DNA of 63,803 bases from assembly GCA_037447435.1 (NCBI GenBank), contig JBBIGR010000029.1, forward strand, positions 1 to 63,803. Reading direction: 5' to 3'. The notes below the pieces were generated by a model. The model saw only the letters and a program-made list of their open reading frames with translations, was not told the DNA's origin and made no database searches. The DNA comes from Fibrobacteria bacterium (GTDB taxonomy: Bacteria; Fibrobacterota; Chitinivibrionia; Chitinivibrionales; FEN-1185). Below, piece by piece: positions 39,263-48,253 of this stretch (position 1 is its first letter; each line of letters starts with the position of its first letter). The position numbers and the translations under genes were made by a program.

Positions 39263-39556
39263 ATGAAAGACAGTTCCGTGATCATGCTGGCGATCGCCTT
39301 TTTATCCGGGCTTTGCTTCGGCCTTTACTTTTTTAACGGACTTTCGAGGACAATCAGGGGATTGCTTGAACGGAAAGGGGGACCGGCCTTCGTATGGCTG
39401 TCGTATCCGTTCCGGCTTTTCGTCGCGGCCGCGGTTTTCGGCATATTTGCCCACAACGGCGGAACCGCGGCCGTTTTAGCGGTACTGGTTGGGTTTACCT
39501 GTGTACAAACGGTATGTATCGTCAAGGCAAAAACGAAAAGTTCAATCGGGCGATGA
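39263..39556 (+). CDS. atpR: N-ATPase-specific subunit AtpR
   Basis: G...GLYFFNGL..T, S..FR, three hydrophobic helices; canonical position in the operon. Confidence 0.82.
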   Translation: MKDSSVIMLAIAFLSGLCFGLYFFNGLSRTIRGLLERKGGPAFVWLSYPFRLFVAAAVFGIFAHNGGTAAVLAVLVGFTCVQTVCIVKAKTKSSIGR

Positions 39557-39577
39557 CGCCGTAGATTGGCGGGCATC

Positions 39578-40264
39578 ATGCGTATCACTCCGGATTCGAT
39601 CGTTATTTTCACCTGGCATGGAATCCATTTCAATGCGACCATCCTTTTTACCTGGATCGTCATGGCCATACTTACTTTCGGCTCATTGATTGTGACAAGA
39701 GGGATTTCTTCACAAAAGCCGACGCGGATACAATCGGTACTCGAAGCGGTTATCACGGTAATTCGCAATGAAATCCGGAATGTAACTCATCATGAACCCG
39801 ATATTTTTTTGCCGTATCTGGGAACGCTGTTTCTGTTTATTTCCCTGTCGAACCTGCTTGCCGCGGTCCCGTTATACCATCCGCCCACAGGTTCTCTTTC
39901 GACAACGGCGGCCCTGGCCTGTTGCGCATTTGCGGCCGGGCCTTGGTACGGTATACGGCATAAAGGATTGATCGGGTACCTGAAAACATTTAGCCGTCCG
40001 TCGGTGCTCCTGATTCCGTTCAATGTGACCGGGGAACTTACGCGAGTGCTTTCCATGTCGGTCCGCTTGTTCGGTAATGTACTGTCCGGTACAATGGTCG
40101 GTGCGATTCTGATTTCCCTTGTTCCGTTGTTTGTCCCTGTTGCCATGAGCGCTCTCGAACTTCTCATCGGTCAAATCCAGGCGTATATATTCACCATTCT
40201 GGCTGCGATTTTCATCGCCTCCGCCACCCAGGCGGCACACGACGGTACCGCAGCCGATTTATAA
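39578..40264 (+). CDS. atpB: N-type ATPase subunit a
   Basis: PPTGSLSTTAALA, SVRLFGN, GQIQAYIF..LA. Confidence 0.94.
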   Translation: MRITPDSIVIFTWHGIHFNATILFTWIVMAILTFGSLIVTRGISSQKPTRIQSVLEAVITVIRNEIRNVTHHEPDIFLPYLGTLFLFISLSNLLAAVPLYHPPTGSLSTTAALACCAFAAGPWYGIRHKGLIGYLKTFSRPSVLLIPFNVTGELTRVLSMSVRLFGNVLSGTMVGAILISLVPLFVPVAMSALELLIGQIQAYIFTILAAIFIASATQAAHDGTAADL

Positions 40265-40274
40265 AGGAGTATCT

Positions 40275-40553
40275 ATGGACAATCAAACCCTTATAGCCGC
40301 ATCGTCGATCATCGGTGCTGCGGTATGCATGGGTATCGGTTCACTCGGACCGGGATTGGGTGAAGGCCGGGCCGTTGCGCAGGCGCTTATCGCCATTGCG
40401 CAACAGCCCGACGAGGCGAACACGATTTCACGAACCCTGTTCGTGGGCCTTGCCTTGATAGAATCGCTGGCAATTTATTGTCTGGTCATATCGATAATAC
40501 TTCTCTTTGCCAATCCGTTCGTATCGGCGGCGGCAAAGCGCGCCGGCGGGTGA
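40275..40553 (+). CDS. atpE: N-type ATPase subunit c
   Basis: GSLGPGLGEG, AQQPD, LFVGLALIESLAIY, LFANPF. Confidence 0.96.
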   Translation: MDNQTLIAASSIIGAAVCMGIGSLGPGLGEGRAVAQALIAIAQQPDEANTISRTLFVGLALIESLAIYCLVISIILLFANPFVSAAAKRAGG

Positions 40554-40573
40554 CGCAACGCAGAGGAACATCC

Positions 40574-41311
40574 ATGGGCATCGATCTCTTTACTTTCGCG
40601 GCACAAGTCGTAAATTTCATCGTCCTGCTGTTTCTTTTGAAAAAGTTTCTGTTCAAAAGAATCACGGCGGCAATGGACGAACGGGAGCAACGAATTGCCG
40701 CGTCAATTGAAACGGCGAAGGAAAATGAAAGAGCCACTGCGGCGGAAGCCGAGGCAGCCCGGGCGATACGCCGCGAAATCGAACAAAAGCGAATTGCCGA
40801 CGCGGCCGCGCTCGAGGCCGAAATCCAAGCGCTGCGTATGCGTTTGGAAAACGAAGCGAGGGCATTGGTGGAGAGAGAACGGGACCGGTGGTTCGAACAG
40901 CTGACAAATGAGGAAAAAAGCCTGACCGAAGAAATCGCCAAACGAAGCGGCGACATCATGCTGTTGCTTCTGAGAAAAGCGCTTGCCGATTTGGCCGACG
41001 AAACCCTGGAAGACCGTATGATTAGCCTTTTCATGAAAAAGATGGCTGCGCAAAAGGCAGGGTGGTTTGTACCGGGGGCAGCCTATACCGTGTCAAGCAC
41101 GTTTGAATTGAGCGAGGTGCAAAAATCCCGGCTGAAGGAATTATCGGAAGCGCTCGGCGGAAAGACGGCATCGGTCAGTTTCATCCAAAAACCCGACACG
41201 CTGTGCGGCATAGAACTGCGGGGCGGCGGGGGACGATTGTCGTGGAACCTCGACGAGTACATTGACAAATTGAAGGAATCGATTTCATTTCCCGAAAAGG
41301 CGAAATCATGA
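40574..41311 (+). CDS. atpF: N-type ATPase subunit b (b-delta fusion)
   Basis: IDLFTFAAQVVNFIVLLFLLKKFLF, coiled coil, C-terminal CGIEL...SWNLDEY. Confidence 0.9.
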   Translation: MGIDLFTFAAQVVNFIVLLFLLKKFLFKRITAAMDEREQRIAASIETAKENERATAAEAEAARAIRREIEQKRIADAAALEAEIQALRMRLENEARALVERERDRWFEQLTNEEKSLTEEIAKRSGDIMLLLLRKALADLADETLEDRMISLFMKKMAAQKAGWFVPGAAYTVSSTFELSEVQKSRLKELSEALGGKTASVSFIQKPDTLCGIELRGGGGRLSWNLDEYIDKLKESISFPEKAKS

Positions 41312-42849
41312 CCATAAACCGTGAACCCATTCAAGCGGCATTCGACGGCCTCAAGGAACACGTTCTTGCGTACCAGCCTCAGGCAGCGGCCGTGGAAATC
41401 GGAGAAGTTTGTTCCGCGGCAAGCGGCATCGTTATGGTCCAGGGTCTGTATGGCGCCGGCTATCAGGAGCTGGTGCATATCCATGATGAAGCTGGAAATT
41501 CGCATCCCGCAATGGTCGTCGATCTTGGGCCCGACATTCTGTCGGTCGCGTTGCTCGACGACGCTACCGGCATCGGCGCCGGGTGGGAGGTGAGACGGAC
41601 CGGGCGCATTCTCGGGGTTCCGGTTGGTAAAGCACTTCTCGGTCGCGTGGTAAACCCGCTCGGCCTTGTGCTCGACGGCGGGCAAAGCATAGAATCGTCC
41701 GAAAGCATGCCGGTGGAACGGCCTTCGGCTCCGATCATGGATAGAGCGGCCGTCGATACGCCGCTCCAAACGGGAATCCTGGCCATCGACACGCTCATTC
41801 CAATCGGTCGCGGTCAGCGCGAGCTTATCATCGGCGACCGGCAAACCGGCAAGAGCGCCCTCGCGATCGATACGATACTCAATCAGGCAAACAAGAACTG
41901 CTTGGCCGTGTACTGTGCGATAGGTATTCCCTTGTCGACGGTGATGGGAGTCGTGGAGGACCTTCGCGCGGGCGGAGCGCTTGACTATACGGTAATCGTG
42001 GTGGCTTCGGGCAACGATACGCCGGGGCTCAATTACATCGCCCCGTTTTCGGCAACGACGATCGGAGAATATTTCATGGAACAAGGACGCGACGTTCTGG
42101 TCGTGTACGACGACCTTACCCGGCATGCCCGTTCCTATCGCGAACTTGCTTTGCTATTGCGGCGGCCGCCGGCACGGGAGGCATTTCCCGGGGACATTTT
42201 TTATTTACATTCAAGACTTCTGGAGCGGGCGACTCACCTTTGTAAGGAACGCGGAAACGGGTCCTTGACCGCATTGCCCATTGCCGAAACCGAGGCGCAG
42301 AATATTTCCGCCTACATCCCGACCAATCTGATTTCCATTACCGACGGTCAAATTTATTTGTCGTCCAAGCTTTTTGTTTCCGGACAATTGCCCGCCATCG
42401 ATGTCATGCGTTCGGTTTCCCGGGTAGGCGGGCTTGCCCAGCTTCCGGCATTCCGCGCAGCCTCGGGCGAGTTGCGGCTTTCATATGCCCAATTCGAGGA
42501 ACTGGAGGCTTTTTCCCGTCTCGACACGTCGCTTGACACTGCGACACGGGAAACTCTTGAGCGGGGCAAACGCGTTAGGGCGATTTTATCCCAGCCGCAA
42601 CTTGCGCCGATGCAGGTTCATGAACAAATCATCCTGCTCATTGCGCTGAATGCGGGCGTGTTCGACAGCGTTCCTCTTGGGTCAATAAAAGAGATGAAAA
42701 TGCGGGTGGTCAATTCGGTTTCGGCCCTGATGCCGCAATTCCGGGTTTCGGTCGAAACCGGAAACCCGATTTCCGAAAATGACAAAAAAGAAATCGCCGA
42801 TGCCGCAAAAAAGGCAGTAACGGAAGGTGCGGGTCATGCCGAAACTTGA
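41308..42849 (+). CDS. atpA: N-type ATPase subunit alpha
   Basis: PIGRGQRELIIGDRQTGKS, YDDLT, PGDIFYLHSRLLER, SITDGQI, SVSRVGG. Confidence 0.96.
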   Translation: MTINREPIQAAFDGLKEHVLAYQPQAAAVEIGEVCSAASGIVMVQGLYGAGYQELVHIHDEAGNSHPAMVVDLGPDILSVALLDDATGIGAGWEVRRTGRILGVPVGKALLGRVVNPLGLVLDGGQSIESSESMPVERPSAPIMDRAAVDTPLQTGILAIDTLIPIGRGQRELIIGDRQTGKSALAIDTILNQANKNCLAVYCAIGIPLSTVMGVVEDLRAGGALDYTVIVVASGNDTPGLNYIAPFSATTIGEYFMEQGRDVLVVYDDLTRHARSYRELALLLRRPPAREAFPGDIFYLHSRLLERATHLCKERGNGSLTALPIAETEAQNISAYIPTNLISITDGQIYLSSKLFVSGQLPAIDVMRSVSRVGGLAQLPAFRAASGELRLSYAQFEELEAFSRLDTSLDTATRETLERGKRVRAILSQPQLAPMQVHEQIILLIALNAGVFDSVPLGSIKEMKMRVVNSVSALMPQFRVSVETGNPISENDKKEIADAAKKAVTEGAGHAET

Positions 42850-43723
42850 AAGCATCAAAGATCAGCTGAAAGGCGCAGGCGACATACAAAACATTGTCAG
42901 GACGATGAAGAGTTTTGCCGCGGTTCATATACGGCATTACCGGAAAGCCGAACAGTCTCTCTTTCGATATCGCGAGACGGTGGAAGATGCGCTCGGGGCC
43001 ATTATGCGGCATCAAACGCCGGCCGGATCTTTACATAAGCGGAAAAATCCGCAAAAATGCGTCACCGGGATTGTTGCTATGGGTTCCGATCAGGGTCTGG
43101 TTGGTCAGTTCAACGACAAAGCGGCGCGAGTGGTAAAGGATATGCTCGCAGACGGTAATAAGGAACCGTCGCAAGTCTGCGTTTTGGGAAAACGGCTCGC
43201 CGGAAAGCTCGACGGATACGGAGTTTTTGTCCGCGAGCGCCTTGCGATGCCGGTTTCGGTACAGTCGATTCCGATTGTGTTGGAGCAACTCCTGACGATA
43301 CTTGACCAATGGAAAATCGAACATTGTGTCGAGGCTATTTTCATGGTGAACAACCGCATGAAATCGACGATTGTTTCAGAACCGGTTTGCCGTTCGATAC
43401 TGCCGCCCGATCCGCTTTGGCTCGAGGCCTTGTCGAAAAGGGAAAAGAAAAAAAATATCGTGCCGCTGGTGACGATCACGCCGGTGGAATTACGAAAGGC
43501 GCTGGTGTCGCATTATCTCTATGCGGAATTGTTCGGCGGCCTGATAGAATCGCTGTTCAGCGAGAATACCATGCGGCTCATTGCCATGGAAATTGCCGAA
43601 AAACACATTGCCGACCACCTTGAGGCGCTCACGGGTGAATTCAACCAGGAACGCCAGTCGGGAATAACCGAGGAAATACTGGATATCATGGCCGGCGTTT
43701 CGGCATTGGAAAAGGGCCGGTAA
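42836..43723 (+). CDS. atpG: N-type ATPase subunit gamma
   Basis: IVRTMK, GSDQGLVGQFN, SEN..RL.AM, RQSGITEEILDI. Confidence 0.93.
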   Translation: MPKLESIKDQLKGAGDIQNIVRTMKSFAAVHIRHYRKAEQSLFRYRETVEDALGAIMRHQTPAGSLHKRKNPQKCVTGIVAMGSDQGLVGQFNDKAARVVKDMLADGNKEPSQVCVLGKRLAGKLDGYGVFVRERLAMPVSVQSIPIVLEQLLTILDQWKIEHCVEAIFMVNNRMKSTIVSEPVCRSILPPDPLWLEALSKREKKKNIVPLVTITPVELRKALVSHYLYAELFGGLIESLFSENTMRLIAMEIAEKHIADHLEALTGEFNQERQSGITEEILDIMAGVSALEKGR

Positions 43724-43848
43724 AAGTAGGACATCAGGAATATTTTCAACTTTCTTGCACTAACCGCGCCTTTCCACTTATTACCGATCAAGCGCATGCA
43801 TCAGAATGTTTGAACATTATTTATTGCCCATATCGTATTTAAATAGTA

Positions 43849-43881
43849 TATTCCATATTCGCGATTCGCGAATATGGAATA
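43849..43881. promoter_or_regulatory. Perfect 33-bp palindromic operator
   Basis: TATTCCATATTCGCGA-T-TCGCGAATATGGAATA, 21 nt before the ATG at 43903. Confidence 0.75.
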
Positions 43882-43902
43882 CTTGGAAAGGAATGACCCT
43901 GT

Positions 43903-44442
43903 ATGTTGAAATCGCAAGACATTCTTGTTGGGTTGAAAATATTTATTTATAGGAATAGGGACTGGACAATAGCTGCGGTCGCGCATGCTGTAGGATTAAG
44001 CGCTTCGGAAGTCCATGCCGCTTTGAAACGTTTAGCCCTTAGCCGGCTTTATGATCCAACGCAGAGAAAAATTGTTGTATTAGCTATGGAGGAATTTCTT
44101 ACTCACGGTTTTAAATATGTTTTTCCTGCAGAATTTCAGGGATTGGATCGCGGTCTTCCTACTGGTGTAGGAGGCCCGGTACTCTCATTAAAATTTTCCT
44201 TACTTCCAGGAGAAATGCCTGTTTGGGCATGTGTTGATGGGCCCGAACGCGGATTAGCGCTCAAACCGCTCCATCCAAACGTGCCAATTATTGCTTTGAA
44301 AGACGCGCAATGGTATGCCATTATATCTCTATTGGATGCATTAAGAACTGGGAAGATTCGAGAGCAAGCAGCAGCAGTCGAACAAATCAGAAATTTTCTT
44401 AAAGGAAAGGAGAATTTCTTGAGTGAATCACCCAAGCATTGA
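43903..44442 (+). CDS. HTH protein, putative type IV TA antitoxin-like
   Basis: LKSQDILV.LK...W....A..VGLSASEVH.ALKR (wHTH), HGFKYVFP, DALRTG..RE; overlaps the downstream NTase-like ORF. Confidence 0.7.
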   Translation: MLKSQDILVGLKIFIYRNRDWTIAAVAHAVGLSASEVHAALKRLALSRLYDPTQRKIVVLAMEEFLTHGFKYVFPAEFQGLDRGLPTGVGGPVLSLKFSLLPGEMPVWACVDGPERGLALKPLHPNVPIIALKDAQWYAIISLLDALRTGKIREQAAAVEQIRNFLKGKENFLSESPKH

Positions 44443-44656
44443 TATGATAGAGACCGTCGCCACAGTCTTCGAAAAAATTGGTGAGGAGATTCTCTTTGTC
44501 GGCGGATGTGTTGTCCCTTTATATGTGCCAAAACATCTTTGGAATTGGGTACGCCCAACAAACGATGTCGATGGTGTTGTGGAAGTGGCTAGCCATAGAG
44601 AATTTGCAAAACTTGAGCGGAAACTTGAGGCGCAAGGATTTCTTCGGTGCCGATAA
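44423..44656 (+). pseudogene. Truncated nucleotidyltransferase (AbiEii-like) toxin remnant
   Basis: FVGG...LY...RPTNDVD...L...GF is an NTase N-terminus; the ORF stops at 77 aa. Confidence 0.7.
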
Positions 44657-44784
44657 AAGGATAATGAAATCCAAACCTGAAAACAGTTCAGCAGCATATC
44701 TTCCTTAATCGCACTCCCATATTCATCCATATTGTAATTTTTCAAACAAGGGTTTTATGCTCACATTTTCATAAAGATATAAAT

Positions 44785-46260
44785 ATGATAACACCATCGC
44801 TTGAACAAGTGAAAAAACTGGCGGAAAAAGGCAATGTCATACCCGTTTGTACGAGGATTTTGGCAGATACGGAAACGCCGGTTTCCGTATGGCTTAAACT
44901 TTTTAAAGACGAACCGTACAGCTTTCTGCTCGAAAGCGTGAGCGGGGGAGACAAGGTCGCCCGATATTCGTTTATCGGCGCCAAGCCTTTTTTAACCTTT
45001 AAAAGCAATAAAAACGATTGGGAAATAAGCGGCAGGATTTCGGAAAAAGGGACGGGAAATTCTATCGGAAAACTCCGGAATTTGCTTTCGAAATATAAAG
45101 CGGTACACAGTGACGATTTACCGCGGTTGTGCGGCGGCGCGGTTGGATATTTTTCCTACGATTCCGTGCGTCTATTTGAAACCATTCCGGACAAAAACCC
45201 GGAGTCGGGACTGCTTGACGAAATATTTTTCGGGTTTTACAAAGACATCATTGCCTTCGATAATAAAGAACATAAGCTGCTTTTGATAACGACGATACAT
45301 ACCGACGAAGACGGCCCCATAGAACAGGCGTACAAAAATGCCTGCCACTCACTGGGGAGTTTACAAGACAAACTCGCGGTCCGGCTCGCATCCAATGCGC
45401 TTCATGTAAACGACGTCACGAACACAACCTCGACATTCACCAGGCAGCAATATGAGGCCGCGGTTGAAAAATCCAAGGAATATATTCTTGCCGGCGATAT
45501 TTTCCAAATCGTTCTTTCGCAGCGCATGAGCGTTTCGGTGGACATGAATCCCTTCGATTTATACCGTATTTTGCGGACGGTCAACCCGTCGCCGTATATG
45601 TATTATTTGTCTATAAACGGCACCAAGGTCGTCGGCGCTTCACCCGAAATGATGGTCAGGGTCGAGAACAAAATCGTCGAAGTCCGCCCCATTGCGGGAA
45701 CAAGACCGCGCGGAAAAACCGAAGCCGACGACGAAAAGCTCATTGCGGATTTATTGAAAGACCCAAAGGAAATTGCCGAACATATCATGCTTGTTGATTT
45801 GGGAAGAAACGACGTGGGCCGCGTATGCGAAAGCGGCACGGTGAAGGTCGAAGAGATGATGCATGTGGAAAAATATTCGCATGTCATCCACCTGGTATCG
45901 AACGTTTCTGGCAAGCTCAAAGAAGGGCTTGACAGTTTGGATGCGTTGTTTTCGTGCTTTCCCGCAGGGACCCTCAGCGGCGCGCCGAAAATTCGGGCCA
46001 TGGAAATAATAGACGAACTCGAACCCGTGCGGCGCGGCATTTACGGCGGCGCGCTCGGCTATATCGATTTTTCGGGATCGCTGGACACGTGCATCGTGAT
46101 ACGCACGGTCGTTTGCAAAGACAATATGGCCTATATCCAGGCCGGCGCAGGGCTCGTCGCCGATTCCGTACCGTCGAAGGAATACGACGAAACTATGAAC
46201 AAGGCCGGCGCGATGCTTAGCGCCATTAACGACGCGAAAAAAATTATCGGAAGGGACTGA
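44785..46260 (+). CDS. trpE: Anthranilate synthase component I
   Basis: DTETPVS, LLESV, GDIFQIVLSQR, NPSPYMY, PIAGT, EHIMLVDLGRND, GTLSGAPK. Confidence 0.95.
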   Translation: MITPSLEQVKKLAEKGNVIPVCTRILADTETPVSVWLKLFKDEPYSFLLESVSGGDKVARYSFIGAKPFLTFKSNKNDWEISGRISEKGTGNSIGKLRNLLSKYKAVHSDDLPRLCGGAVGYFSYDSVRLFETIPDKNPESGLLDEIFFGFYKDIIAFDNKEHKLLLITTIHTDEDGPIEQAYKNACHSLGSLQDKLAVRLASNALHVNDVTNTTSTFTRQQYEAAVEKSKEYILAGDIFQIVLSQRMSVSVDMNPFDLYRILRTVNPSPYMYYLSINGTKVVGASPEMMVRVENKIVEVRPIAGTRPRGKTEADDEKLIADLLKDPKEIAEHIMLVDLGRNDVGRVCESGTVKVEEMMHVEKYSHVIHLVSNVSGKLKEGLDSLDALFSCFPAGTLSGAPKIRAMEIIDELEPVRRGIYGGALGYIDFSGSLDTCIVIRTVVCKDNMAYIQAGAGLVADSVPSKEYDETMNKAGAMLSAINDAKKIIGRD

Positions 46261-46267
46261 TGTTGCC

Positions 46268-46837
46268 GTGATATTGATAATAGATAATTACGATTCGTTT
46301 ACCTTCAATCTGGTGCAATACTTCGGCGAACTGTATACGGGAAAACTGCAGGTCGCTCGCAACGATAAAATTTCCCTTGAGCAAATCAAGGAATTGTCCC
46401 CGCATGCAATCGTTATTTCCCCCGGCCCCTGCACGCCCAAAGAAGCGGGGATTTCGGTCGAGGCGATAAAAACGTTCGGGCCAACGGTCCCGATTCTGGG
46501 CGTATGTCTTGGCCACCAGTCTATAGGCTACGCTTTCGGCGGCAAAGTCATTCGGGCCCCGTATCTCATGCACGGCAAGGTCTCACAAATCCATCATAAC
46601 GGGAAAACGATTTACAAAGGAATGCCAAATCCGTTTACCGCAACGCGGTATCACAGTCTTATTATAGAGAAAGCTTCTTGTCCCGATTGTCTTGAAATAA
46701 CAAGCACCACGGAAGACGGACTCATCATGGGCGTTCGCCATAAAAGCTTTCCCATAGAAGGCGTACAATTTCATCCTGAGGCTATTTTGACGCAAGACGG
46801 AAAAAAACTGATTAAAAATTTCATCGCAGGACTATAA
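46268..46837 (+). CDS. trpG: Anthranilate synthase component II
   Basis: IDNYDSFT, SPGP, GVCLGHQ, RYHSL, GVQFHPE. Confidence 0.93.
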   Translation: MILIIDNYDSFTFNLVQYFGELYTGKLQVARNDKISLEQIKELSPHAIVISPGPCTPKEAGISVEAIKTFGPTVPILGVCLGHQSIGYAFGGKVIRAPYLMHGKVSQIHHNGKTIYKGMPNPFTATRYHSLIIEKASCPDCLEITSTTEDGLIMGVRHKSFPIEGVQFHPEAILTQDGKKLIKNFIAGL

Positions 46838-46842
46838 GCAGC

Positions 46843-47613
46843 ATGCAGTCCATTCTCGATACCATTATTGCCGCAAAAAAGGAAGAAGTTGCGCTTCTTA
46901 AAAAGAATAAAGCTTCCCTGGTTCCCCGTTCCTTGGAAAAACGGCCGTTCATAGCGAATTTAAAACGCGAGAATGCCGTTTCGATTATTGCCGAAATCAA
47001 GAAAGCATCGCCGAGCAAAGGGCTTATTGCCCCTAATTTCGACCATAAAAAAACCGCCGCGGCATATGAAAAAGGCGGCGCCGCAGCAATGTCCGTATTA
47101 ACCGATGAGAAATTTTTCCAAGGATCGCAACGCTATCTCGAAGAGGCCCGCGACACCGTAGCCCTTCCGGTCATACGCAAGGATTTTATCATCGATCCGC
47201 TGCAAGTCGAACAAACCGCATCGATGAACGCCGATGCCATGCTGCTTATCGCGGCATGTTTGTCGGATATGCAAATGCAGGAACTTTTTTGCGCGGCACG
47301 GGAATTCGGTCTTGACGTGCTGCTGGAAATACACGATACTAAGGAAATGGATAGGGCGTTCAAACTTTCGCCGCTGCCGCAATGCATCGGGGTGAACAAC
47401 AGAAATCTCAATTCGTTTAAAACCGATATCGAGACCACGATGAAAATCGCGCCCCATATACCGAAAGAAATCATCCTGGTATCGGAAAGCGGCATCGAAA
47501 ACGGCGAACAGGCGAAAAAGCTTTACAAAGTAGGAGTATCGGCCTTGCTTGTGGGAGAGACCCTGATGCGTGCAAAAGACCCGAAAGCGGCAATTAAGGA
47601 ATTATTGAGCTAA
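46843..47613 (+). CDS. trpC: Indole-3-glycerol phosphate synthase
   Basis: IAEIKKASPSKG, SVLTD, RKDFI, GVNNRNL, SESGI. Confidence 0.96.
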   Translation: MQSILDTIIAAKKEEVALLKKNKASLVPRSLEKRPFIANLKRENAVSIIAEIKKASPSKGLIAPNFDHKKTAAAYEKGGAAAMSVLTDEKFFQGSQRYLEEARDTVALPVIRKDFIIDPLQVEQTASMNADAMLLIAACLSDMQMQELFCAAREFGLDVLLEIHDTKEMDRAFKLSPLPQCIGVNNRNLNSFKTDIETTMKIAPHIPKEIILVSESGIENGEQAKKLYKVGVSALLVGETLMRAKDPKAAIKELLS

Positions 47614-47620
47614 TGATTTT

Positions 47621-48253
47621 ATGCCGATAAAAATTAAAATCTGCGGGATAACGAATTACGAAGACGCCAAAATAGCGGTGAGCCTCGGCGTTGACGCATT
47701 GGGATTTATTTTTTATCCCAAAAGCCCGCGCTACATTCCGCCCGCGACCGCCCGGGAAATAATTAAACGGCTTCCGCCGTTTGTGACCAAAGTCGGCGTG
47801 TTTGTCGACGAAGACGAAACGTTCATTCAAAGCGCGTTCGCCCAAAGCGGAATCGACACGGTACAATTGCACGGGAACGAAACGCCGGAATTCGCCCACA
47901 GCATATCGTGCGCTGTTGTCAAGGCGTTTGCGGTAAGCCCGAAATTCGATTTGAATACCCTGTCGAAGTATAAGGTTGCGGGATACCTGCTGGATACCTG
48001 GAGTGAAACGTACGGCGGCAGCGGCAAGACTTTTGACTGGAACATAGCCCGTGAAGCGGCAAACGTCTATCCGAATATCATTCTTGCAGGAGGTTTGAGC
48101 CCGACCAATATCCGCGACGCTTTGCAAAATGTGGCGCCGTATGCCGTCGAATTCAATAGCGGCGTCGAAATAAAACCGGGTGTCAAGAACCATTACAAAA
48201 TGCGCGACGCCATTGCTATTGTAAGAAATTGGAATTCCGTTTCGGGAAAATGA
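47621..48253 (+). CDS. trpF: Phosphoribosylanthranilate isomerase
   Basis: KICGIT, SPRY, VGVFV, QLHGNE, GGSGKTFDW, LAGGL, SGVE. Confidence 0.96.
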   Translation: MPIKIKICGITNYEDAKIAVSLGVDALGFIFYPKSPRYIPPATAREIIKRLPPFVTKVGVFVDEDETFIQSAFAQSGIDTVQLHGNETPEFAHSISCAVVKAFAVSPKFDLNTLSKYKVAGYLLDTWSETYGGSGKTFDWNIAREAANVYPNIILAGGLSPTNIRDALQNVAPYAVEFNSGVEIKPGVKNHYKMRDAIAIVRNWNSVSGK

